A stretch of 64,000 nt of DNA. Source: Trichoplax adhaerens. Taxonomy: Eukaryota; Animalia; Placozoa. Positions 1 to 11,005 of the stretch are shown one piece after another. The position numbers and the translations under genes are program-made. The number at the start of each line of letters is the position of its first letter. The stretch's first letter is position 1. The notes below the pieces were generated by a model. That model did not search any database and was not told the origin of the DNA. It saw only the letters and a program-made list of their open reading frames with translations. The DNA lies in assembly GCF_000150275.1 (NCBI RefSeq), contig NW_002060943.1, forward strand, positions 8,707,070-8,771,069, given 5' to 3'.

Positions 1-2091
1 CGTCAATACTACCTGTAAAGACTTGATTTATGTAAAATCGTATTCTTATTTACATCTTGACATGTTAGTTATAAGCCTTCCACGTAGTCTACAAAAGGTG
101 TTGTTTATACAAATTGATTATTCTAACTCTTTCAATAGAAACTATTTTATAGCTAGCCTTTACTGATTACTTATGACTATGACTAGATTTTTGTCTTTTC
201 TGCGCTTATTTGTTTTATTGGCAATACAGATAAATTATTCTCTCAATCGATACTATTTTAATCGAAAATCTTAGCGATAAGATTAGTATTTTTATTGGTA
301 GACTTCATAAATTTCATCATCTGGTTTTTGTCTTATAAGTGCACTATCCAATTTCCCTATTAATTGCTTAGGATAGATTGTAGTAATTATAATGATTATG
401 ATACGACTCTAAGTTGATCTTAGATTACACTACATTCATAAAATTTTAATTCATGCCTTGGTCTACTAAGCATCTTATGGTATACATTAGACCTAATTAA
501 AGAGGTATAATATTTATTAATAGAAAATTAATAGTTTTAGGCTATACATCTTACAATTAAGATAATTTTATAAAGCGATGCGTACAATAACTGTAATATC
601 GACAATTTTTACTCTGTTTCTGTATAATTGGAATACAGTAAGAAATTAACTAGCAAGTTTTATTAACTAAGACAATGTGATGACATATACTAAATCGATA
701 TAAAATTAATGTTCAGTTACGTATGACAATGAATGATTTTGCCAAGCTTTGATATATGCATGACTTATAATGTAATAATGATTGTATCTGATGCCATGTG
801 GTTATACTTTATGCTTATCAATATGGTCCATTAATCGTATAAATTAATATACTGCTGTAAATTTCTCATCTGAAATTAGACAGGATACAAAAATTACAAA
901 TCATCTGGCCGATCTATCCAGTTAATTCTTACCCTTATTCCGAGCATAGATATCCAATCTTGATAGGAAAAAATTCGGAATTGAGTAATTCATTTTAACA
1001 TTATGAGAAATCTCTATTGATTATTACTTATCAATACTGATGATCAGTTTAGCCAAAAACAAAAGCTAATGCGTAGCTATTTTATGATTAGCTAAAGATC
1101 GTGTTTTGAGATTGAGAACGAATAAGGTCAATCGGTTATTGTGAGGACTTAAAAAAATCTAAATAATTTTAACGCATAGTCTTATGTTCATGGCGGCAAT
1201 ACGAGTATTATGAATTAAAACTGAGAAGGAACACAAATAATAGGATTAACGATGAGAATTATTTAGATATCCTTATATTACTATCACTACAGAATTTGAT
1301 GGAACAAGCTGTAAGTCACATAAAATATAAATACTTCCTTTGCGAATTTCGAATAAATACCAAATTTTATTAATGTATAGTTCCGTAAATAACCAAGATT
1401 AATTAATCTTTTACATAGATCGTATTACTTGCAATTCAAACATTTAAATTAGATTGCCAGAGATAATTTTTCAGCTAAATATTATGCATCGTTAATGATT
1501 AATTTATAATTATAATTGAGCTACGTTCAAGAATATTGATTCGTATTATTTATGCAGTGCAAGTAGTCATGAGGTAAGAATAAAATAAAAGTATCCCGAT
1601 AGTGATGCATTCAGTTTGTTGTGTTTCTAAAGGATTAAAATGACTCAAAATTTCATTACTGAAATGTTTCTTATTACATAATCACAAATGCTCGCGCTTT
1701 ATTCTTAATTTTACAGCATTTATCAAAATTATCTGCAAAAGGAACATTATTTAATTGACAAATCGTGCATTGCTTTCGTTAAGCTATTTTCAGTGGCAAC
1801 ATTATTTACATATTTAAAATTAGTGACTGAAATTTTATCCCGAAAAAATTAAATGCAAGAAACTATTAGTACTAATGTGTCATTTTATAAATATGTTCAT
1901 TGACTTATCATATGTCTTGATTTTATCAACCTGATATATACCATTGGCATACATATACTCTTATTCCATAATTTGCTCTATTAGTTATGCTCTATTCGAT
2001 CGTCTAGAAATGAATTAAAATTCAATTATTTCAGCCAATAATACATAATAGAGTTTGATTAATGGAGATATCATAATGCATGAGATTTATC

Positions 2092-5000
2092 TTATGGTGA
2101 CTGCGTAGCTATCTTTTGCATCAATTTCTAATTAATGTAGATCAGAATAGCTAAATTGCAGCTAGTATTTTTTTAAAGCAAGTGTTGCATAGTCATAACA
2201 AATAGCTATACATAGATACCTGTCTGTAAGTTTTAATTGCATTACTACATCTACAAAGCAATGGCTGCTTACTTCATTACTGGGGTTCTTCCGGCTAATC
2301 GTACACTTTTTCTCGTTATACTAATTGAATTCTATAATCCCATTAATATCACAAAGATGGTTCAATATAATCATTTATTACTGCAAATACGGTTTTGCAG
2401 TAAGCGATAATAGGTATTGCAATCTGTAAGTATGATTCATACCTCGTCTACATCTGCAGAACTTTCACTGCTTTTTCTCTTTCGTCTTCATAATATTAAA
2501 GCAAAAAAACGCTATTAACTTTGTAAGCTCGAAAGAGTAAGTTAATATATACTTCGGTACTAACTCTTTTTCTTCAAGTTTATCAATTGATGAAAGAACA
2601 TTGACACCAACAGATTTTCTTTTTGTGGGTGTGGACTATTATGAATTTACATACAAAATAGGTTATTTGCCTCTAACGGTAAAAGTATCAGAAATTATTG
2701 AATATTTACCTCAACTATTTCTTTCAGTAATCGAAGTTTTTCATCGGTTTCCCATAGTTTTGATTTCATTTGCAATTGGCTAGCTTTAACTCTTTTATCC
2801 TATGGCAGAATATATATGTAACAACGGGGAATTGATCAACTAAAAAATATTACCATTACCATTACTTACACATTCTCGCTCCCATTTATCCCTCTCTTGG
2901 AAGACAGCTCCTCTAATAGCCTTCAATATTGAAAGAAAATAGTCAATATGAGCTAGCTTCGACCATGCAGCCATCGACAATTTTTAGTATACTTAAATAA
3001 TAATGCATTTTATATCCTAGTTGATTTCATATAACTTCAGTTCCATACTATAACATTACTATATATGTTTACCTCCTTTAACTTAGTTCTTTCTTGTTTT
3101 TCATCTTCAACCATTCGTCTATGCTCAATTAACTAAAATGGCAGTACATAATAATTTTAAGTATCTTTGTAATCAAATGAAGCCCTCAAGTTTTATTGTA
3201 TTGTGCAGTAAATCAACCTGCAATTCGAGTTCCCTATTGCTTGTTTCAAAACCTTCGATATTCTTCTGCAATAGCTCGATCTTTTCTGAAGCATTTTTAA
3301 GCTTACGCTCCAAACTTTGTACCTCTCTATTTAAGATGTTGATCATTTAATTAATTTAACCTTGCCAGTAAACAGCATATTTAATATTGTTAGAGTTTCT
3401 TTATACTGACCTATCCTTGTTGGAAACTTCAGCTTTGAACTCATTTAAATTCTATTGTAAATTAACAATATGTCACACATTAAAATGATCGTCTGTTGCT
3501 GCATGATTATATTGGTTAAGAATTAGGTATTGTTCAACCATCATAAAACATAGTTTTTTCTTATTATTTGTATTTATTTATACCTTTGACATGGCGTTAT
3601 ATTCACCTTCTACCCGAATGAGCTCATTTCGAAATAATTGCTCTGATAAAAAAGTTATAATGTAAGCTATAAATTACATTCATTTTGCATACGCCTTAAT
3701 TTAACATTACGTTTTCTTTTGCGTTCATTATTTAACAGTTGGCGATTAGTAAATCGATCCTTAAGGAATTTCATCAGAATGGATAAAATCTTTTCATCAT
3801 CGGCTGATGATAGCTGTAAGGATTGAGAGAAATACGAACAAATACCAGATATGTAAGCTACATTTCGTAGAAATTAAAAGCTAATCACGAATTACCAAGT
3901 AATTAGGAAAAGGAGGTCCAAGAGTTAGTGCAATTTCATCGCCACTCTCGTCTGAAGTTATAAATGATTAAATTTGGAAATGATTACAATAGATTCAGCT
4001 GAATGCTAATAATAATAATTATAAATTAGATTCTGTTATTGTGCTAATAAGCAATAAAAATGATTATTAACATCAGCTATGCTTATATGTCATAGTTTTA
4101 GCTGCATTTTTACCAATCGCGGCTACAATTAACAAAGACTACTCAAGAAAAATCTTCTGAAATTTCTAACCTGTAAAGCCTCTTTCTGCTACGGCATCGG
4201 CAACTATTAATTTATTGAACGGTGGTGATAATAGAGATTATTTTTATTCACTATCAGCACATTAATGTTATATGAAAGTCACAAATCACCTTTTCTCCTT
4301 CCCGGCATTAAACCTTCTGCAATACTACACAGGTGATTTAAATAGCAAATGATGAATCAAATAGTTAATCAATCTTTTCATACATGATTCATATGTAGTA
4401 GCAACTGCAAAGATTATATAGATATAGTATTTTTATACTAGAAGCACAAAGTACGTACTCTATTTCCTTTGCGCGAGTCACAACTACTTCTTTTGTTACT
4501 TCAGCAAATTTCATCACATGCTAAAATTTTCAGATTATTGATAATATGAAAATTACTATATAAAAATTAAGCACAGACTTTGTTATTGATGCAATATAAA
4601 AGGGCTAGAGCTTACAATACTCTCATCATAGTCATCCGCCAATGGATTAAGGCAAACAATTAAGCGAGCCTATACAGATATAAAATAAAACGCTAGCAGT
4701 TAAACGAATGGTAAACCAGGCAGTATATTACAAAATGTCAAGGATGTAGCTACGTTAACCAAATTTGTATTAACTGACTTTGCCTTCGCCTTCAAAAAAG
4801 CTTTTAAATAAGTGTGTCAGCTTAGAATCACGATATGGAACCATCTAAAATTGCAATTAATATTATTATATGCACTGTATAGAAGTTAATACTGCGCCGT
4901 GTAGTATGATTGTAATTACTGTATATGATCCTTTTGCTTGATTATCTCGGAGGATTTCCATACATTTACGTAAAACCATTAAAGAAGAATTTATATTTCC

Positions 5001-8000
5001 TACAAGTCAAATTTTTATTGTCATAATGTTTCCCAGCGACAAGTTACTACCGTTCAATGGCAAGAGTAATCATTCTTTATAGTTACCTGCTTCTCTTAGT
5101 CTATCTCCGTCACTGTTGGTCCGTATTGTTCTTTCTGAACCCGCTAGGTCGACTAATGATAATTGGCTAACGGCCATCCTATTCTTGTCCTTTGTATTAA
5201 GAAAAGTTTTATATATACGATATTGATTTGCACTAAATGTAACAAAATAATGGATAATAAATTCGTAATGGATTGTTAACAAGAATTGCATTTTCATACA
5301 CGAATTAAATCTAATCCTGTAACATCCAGTGGGGCTTGAACCAGGCGAATATTAAATATGCTATGACTTCGGCTTGATTCATGGTTCAAACGGGTATAAG
5401 CTACACGTCTCCTTTGCTGCCCTAAAAGATTATAAAGTATTCTTTTTATAAAGCTTTTAGACGTTAGTAATATACGATTTGTAGCACCACATATTAACCT
5501 TTCAGAAGTAAAGCGTAGGCTTCATCTGCTGATCTGACTTCCACTTCAGTGCAGTTGCTAACAAACATGTTGTGATTCAGATCTTCCCGTAATATTTTGG
5601 AATTAGGTAGCCTTAAATAAAATTTGATACATGAATATTAACAATGCCATGATTAAAATTTATATATCGTATCGATCTTAAGCCAACAACATGAATAACA
5701 TACTTGGATTTGTTTATATCATTTGATGGCTCTTCTAGTAAATCGTATACGTAGTTGTTATAGATTTCAACCAATGAAACAAATACCGAGTATACATTAT
5801 CTTCGTCGGCCTATTGAATGGTAAGTAGTAAATTAAATTAGGAACTAAAACAAAAAACATAGACTCTTAACTAGTTATCGTAATTATGCTTTTTACATTG
5901 GTAATTTTGGTGTCGTCATATATTCTCTTAATATCACGTCCAAAATCCGCCTGATTCCTAAACAATTAATAGGATGTCTTTTGTTAGTTATACACGTATA
6001 TGTTAACAAATTGCAAGCATTAAGTATTTAAAAATGGTGTTCTATTCAGTTATCAACATGATATTCAATAGAAACAGCTTAGGCTAAAGCCAACTTTAAT
6101 GTGTTGACACGTATAGATGATGGCTTCTTTTCATTAGCACTTTTACGGTCTTGTTTTATATTGCATATTTCAAAGCTGTTCACTTTATCCGGTATGAATG
6201 TCTAAGTATGTAATGATGAATTCAATAAAGATTTTATATGATTTTTCATTATGTATAGGTTGGCTGTTCGTATTAGAGCTATCAATGATATATTAGCTAT
6301 ATTGTACTATGCGATTGTGATAATATTGATGCTAACACTTTGGGGAGCCATGAAACTTCCAATAGAGTTGAAGATAACGTCCAAACATCGCGGTAAAATC
6401 CCAATATCAGATGATGTTCCATTCATTGTGAACGTCTTGCCGGAGCATGTTATTCCATATGCAAATATTAATCCTAGACCCCATTATAAATACAATTCTC
6501 GATAATTAATTCGTCATTCAATTTATCAATTCAGCAAGTAATGTACTGTATACTCAAAGCTTCCAAAGCAGTCAATATTACCATTCTTTCCATGAATAAA
6601 GTTTTCAACCAAGGGTAAAGCGATGCGATTGAAAACATCTGGTTGATTTGCGCCTCGATCGAATACATGCTCAAAAAAATGCGATGTCTATTCAGTAGAA
6701 AACATGTGGTCTTAGGTCACATAAAATATACCATGTTATCATATATGGTTACGAGATAATTACAAATCATAAAGGATGCGGTTGTAATCGTTATATTTTC
6801 TATTTTATGCGAGAATTATCATGGAAGAAGTATTACCTGACCAAGCAATAGTATAAAAACGCTGTACGTTACGTACTGAAAATATACTATACGTAATTAC
6901 AATCATTCAACGTAACTTATCAATATTACGCACTGACCTCTGTTGCGTGATTCATTTTGGCAGCATTACAACCCTGCGGAAGGATATCATAAAAGTATTT
7001 GTTACCACAATGATACTAATTATAGCGATGACAATTAAATAAAGAGAGAAGATTGTACACACGACTACAGCTAAAGCAATTGCGGACGTTACGATGATAT
7101 ATCTATTTCAACTAGCTATAGGTACAGAAATTGAATCATTGTCCGCTAAATGAAATAGAATCATGACATAGTCTAAATATGATCAAGAGCTACGTAACGT
7201 TACATTCACAGGGTCGGTGTCATTAACGCTTCATGATGATTTCGTACAATATGGCTAAATACCTGAACCTTGCTAATATATCTACAACATCAAGGGCTTT
7301 GAGCAGAATGACCACTACCGCAGTTGTAATTTATCATGCAATACTTAAACGATTACACAGATTTCCTCTCACATGTCAGGTACTTTATTTCTAGATTAAG
7401 TACTGGGGAAATGCAAGACTACGAAGACTATACGCAGTTTACTAATAAAATACTAAAGCAATGATGAAAGAGAAATTAACTTTGCGCGTAGATTGAATTC
7501 ATTAGAAAGTCAGTGATACTACGATAAAGTTATCTAATTTAGTGAATGATATTGAAATGATGTTACTCTTCGATTTCAATTTTATGGCAACTTTTTACTT
7601 TACATGCGTAGATGAGCCAATAAATATTTTCGTGCTTTGGATAGCACAGTATAAGATACACATCAATTTTGTATTATGTATCACATCGTGCTGATACGAC
7701 AAGAACAAATTAATTGATCCATACCATAATTAATACAAACAATATATTTGCGGTCTTACTTGTGTAGGAATAAGTCGTACTTCTGTTTGGCTAACTGCTT
7801 GAGCGCATGATTGTGTGCGATCTTTGGGCAATGGCCTAATCCTACAGTAAACCTACAAAGTATAGAAAGATAGAACATTCGATGTATTCATGAATTAAAC
7901 AATAATAGTTAGCCATTGATTTCCATAGTAAACTACGATAAAATCAATCCATTTCCTCCATTTTGGTGAAAGCAAGCAATAGCTATCATTATAAGAATGA

Positions 8001-8361
8001 AGATTGTAATTATTGCATACTAGCTATTTTATCAGGAGTACTGTATTATTTATTTCAAATACACTAACTAACCTCTATGGGATCTTGTTCATTTCTAGCC
8101 TTCTTGGGCGTCTTACCGTTAGCTCTGGTAAATAAAAGTGTAACATTATCCATCATAGGAAATAAATTGTGCAATATTCTTCAATACATGCTCATAATTG
8201 CCCTTTTCATTTGGATTGCAGTCCATAATATATTATCAAAATACATATTGAAATGATCAACGGTAACTATTTAAAATAGATACGTTATGAAAGTAACTCA
8301 TATTCACAAATAGAGTATCGTGGATAAATGATTCCATTCGGACAGCTTACCTTAATGACAT
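2092..8361 (-). CDS. KIF23: Kinesin-6 family motor, KIF23/MKLP1-like paralog A (about 30 coding exons; short tail without the Arf6-binding domain)
   Basis: Manual splicing on the minus strand: ATG at 8361 (MSLR|gtaagc), then [26 protein letters not shown]-loop YGITCSGKT (6433-6456), [15 protein letters not shown], switch [12 protein letters not shown], switch [39 protein letters not shown], and coiled-coil exons [45 protein letters not shown]. Intron positions and phases match paralog B. The last two exons ([16 protein letters not shown]; [11 protein letters not shown], stop 2092-2094) are less certain. Confidence 0.9.
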
Positions 8362-8560
8362 TTTTCTCCTCTTTCTTATTGCAATGGATAATGTAAATTG
8401 CAATCGTGATTGACCTGCTTGTAAAATAGATATAAAAATACTTAGTCATACAGTATACGAATATAGATTTAGAATACAATCCATTAAATTATTTTAATTC
8501 AACTAGTTTCAAGCTCACTTGAATAACGAACTCCCTGGATGCAAGTGATAGCGATGGCAA

Positions 8561-8941
8561 TAATCTTGGGTAATCTTCTGCAGACGATGACTCACTTCTA
8601 GTTTCTCTTCAATAGAAAACTATCCCCTATCGTACAAGTTGTGCTTGCAATCTTGCGTAATCTCTTGTAGACGATGGCTCGTTTCTAGTTTTACTTCAAC
8701 GGATAACTATCCACTGTCTTACCAGTTGTGCCTGCAATCTTGGGTATTGTCCTGCCGACGATGGCTGGTATCTAGTTTCACTTCAAATGGAGAACTTCTC
8801 CTCTCTCTCTCTCTCTCTCTTACAAGTAGTACCGACAATCTTGGGTAATCTCCTCTAGACGACAGCTCGTTTCTAGTTTCACTTCCAAAGGATTGCTATC
8901 CTCTGTCATACAGTACAAGTTAGGTCTTGCGATCTTGGATT
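8561..8941. repeat. Degenerate tandem repeat, about 87-bp unit x4, with a (CT)n expansion inside unit 3
   Basis: Units begin aatcttg(g/c)gta at about 8562, 8649, 8736 and 8837. They share gacga..gctcgtttctagtttcacttc and tacaagtt. The (CT)n run lies at about 8801-8820. Confidence 0.85.
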
Positions 8942-9153
8942 AATGGCTACAACGAGCTAATGGATGCCAGTGCAATGGTTAGCTTGAGGAAAGATTTTGT
9001 AGGATGTGGCTATTTCTTCATCCACAAAGGCATGTTTACTTTTCGTCAATGGCGGTTGAACTCTAGGTGATCGATGGCATGTACCAAACCCTATAGTGCA
9101 GTTACTATGCCAAGGGTCAGATAGGAAAGAAAGAAAAACCGCTTGAAGCGCAC

Positions 9154-9190
9154 TTCAAACGATCCAATCATTTGAATTGATCATCACATG
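9154..9190 (-). promoter_or_regulatory. Putative G2/M promoter cassette of kinesin A: E-box-like CATGTG, CCAAT box, CHR (TTTGAA)
   Basis: Minus strand reads gtCATGTGatgatcaattcaaatgATTGGatcgTTTGAAgt. This is the same order, and the same 4-nt CCAAT-CHR spacing, as upstream of kinesin B. Confidence 0.55.
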
Positions 9191-9285
9191 ACCGCCAGCG
9201 AGACCACACACCGAACCACAATGGAGTCAGCTATCCCTGCGCATGTGTAAAACCAGCCACTTCTTGTAAAAATAGGCCACAGTAA

Positions 9286-10170
9286 CAGTATGGACATAGT
9301 GTACACTGTACTGTACAGTACACTATTAGAGAGTGGGTGGTCCAGGCCTGTGTGGTAGCAGATGGTACTGTGTACTGTAGGAAATCCATGAGCTTATGTG
9401 AATATAATGATTCAAGTATTATTGAAAATTTACTAACTAAGATAGAATCTTCAGCTCATCAGCTACATGCTGGTATAAAAATCGATACAGTTTTGATATT
9501 GATAATAGCATTTCAATAGAATTCCTATATTCTGAAGCGAATGTAAACATGCTGTATGGACGACTGTACACAGTGTACAGTGTACAGTACAGTACAGTAC
9601 AGTGTACAGTATAGTGTAGAAGAAGACCACAGACGGAACGTTGTCGGTAGAGCAATGGCCAGCAAAAACGATATTACTACTGGCCCATCAAAGTCTGTTA
9701 AACTTGTACTCAAAATAAAATTAAATGAAGCTAATTACAACATGCTCATGGCAAGACAGAAAGGCCTTGGCCATAGTAGTTCTGAAATATACAATTTTAT
9801 TTCTAATTATCGTGCTAAACTTTGTTTATCGAACTTTATAAGCCTTTAGAAAGCAGCTGACGATGGGATAGTATATAATTTACAGTACACTACAGTACTG
9901 TACAGTGTACAGTACTGTAGTTATTCTTGAAATTTGGGATGTCAAAGTATACTGTATAAGTGTACTTGGAAATGATTAGAAATTAGTGCTATGTGCTTTG
10001 ACAATTCTTGCATGGACACTTAGGGTAAAGTAGCTAGATATTAGGACTACAGTAAAGTACAGTACGTATGGTATTTGTACGTTAGTTTAAGTCATTTTTT
10101 ACCCTTTTTCCATTTCTGAAGAGAAAATAAACGCACATTACACTGTACTGTACAGTCGTCCATACAGTAC
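9286..10170. repeat. TACAGT/ACTGTA-rich low-complexity block with inverted repeats (19-bp perfect IR at 9552-9570 / 10149-10167; 31-bp palindrome at 9890-9920)
   Basis: ctgtatggacgactgtaca (9552-9570) is the exact reverse complement of tgtacagtcgtccatacag (10149-10167). ctacagtactgtaca-g-tgtacagtactgtag lies at 9890-9920. gtaca/cagta runs occur at 9298-9325 and 9564-9617. Confidence 0.8.
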
Positions 10171-10678
10171 AATGCCTTATCATGAACTACTGCCAGGGGC
10201 CTGCTTCTGGTAGTCGTTGACAGCTACAGTACACTGAGACCACGATCTACTGACATAAATAAATAAATTGGGCAAAATAGGATGGGAAAGTGTGAATTTT
10301 TTCACCATATTCAAAGTTAACTTGATCAAAACAGACCGTTAGTAGTATAATATTATTCATCATTAATGAATTGATTCATTAGCATCCCCATTCAGTATAC
10401 AGCAGTACTGCTTCGTTCGTTGGCGCACAGTACCGTACAGTATGCATTAACCGTTAAGCCTTCACTACTACGGTACATCAAATCGTGCAGATTTTATCCT
10501 TCGACATGGGTTACCATAGAGTAGTTTTCAATTGCATTTCCAATGGATATTTTTGCATGTTAGTGCAGTTCAATATGGCTGGCAATTCCTGAGCGTGAAC
10601 AGGTATGAACAGGTATAGTATAGCGGTGAGCGAGTACTGTAGAAAGGCAAAATTTTCAACGGTTTACGATCCGATATA

Positions 10679-10718
10679 TCACGTGACATGACACTTGTCA
10701 CTGATTGGGTAGTTTAAA
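10679..10718 (+). promoter_or_regulatory. Putative G2/M promoter cassette of kinesin B: E-box TCACGTGA, CCAAT box (ATTGG), CHR (TTTAAA)
   Basis: tCACGTGacatgacacttgtcactgATTGGgtagTTTAAAt, about 290 bp upstream of the ATG at 11006. Confidence 0.55.
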
Positions 10719-11005
10719 TATTCCGCAGTTGATCTTCATTCATCTCCTATACAGCTCCTCTGACGATACTCCAGGCGACTATGATGACTATGGTCTAATG
10801 CTTGCGACCTCGAAAGCAGCCTGATCGATGCTGCCTTATATAAAAGTAGAAGTTCGTTGCAATTAACACCCAAAAAAAAACAGCATTAATTAATATTATT
10901 CGTTTTGGATGGGATCACTGCTGCGATTGAAGTTTTGATTTAAGCAATAATTGTTGATATTATTACAAACAGAACAGCTTGACTTGAAAGCCTTGTACAT
11001 CAAAA

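Noticed and set aside
2601-6505. Plus-strand ORFs 2601-2783, 3138-3350 and 6251-6505
   Set aside because: They are antisense shadows of kinesin A exons.
2092-8361. Kinesin A as KIF20A/MKLP2 or as a pseudogene
   Set aside because: It shares intron positions and near-identical coiled-coil motifs with the adjacent KIF23-like gene, and all motor motifs and splice sites are intact with no stops.
8639-8848. ORF with a repeated CRRWLVSSFTS peptide (87 bp = 29 codons)
   Set aside because: No ATG start, the first repeat unit is disrupted in the same frame, and all minus-strand frames of unit 2 contain stops. Treated as a non-coding repeat.
9337-9849. Four overlapping ORFs (60-97 aa) between the kinesins
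   Set aside because: They derive from gtaca/cagta low-complexity sequence, with no recognisable domain or splice structure.
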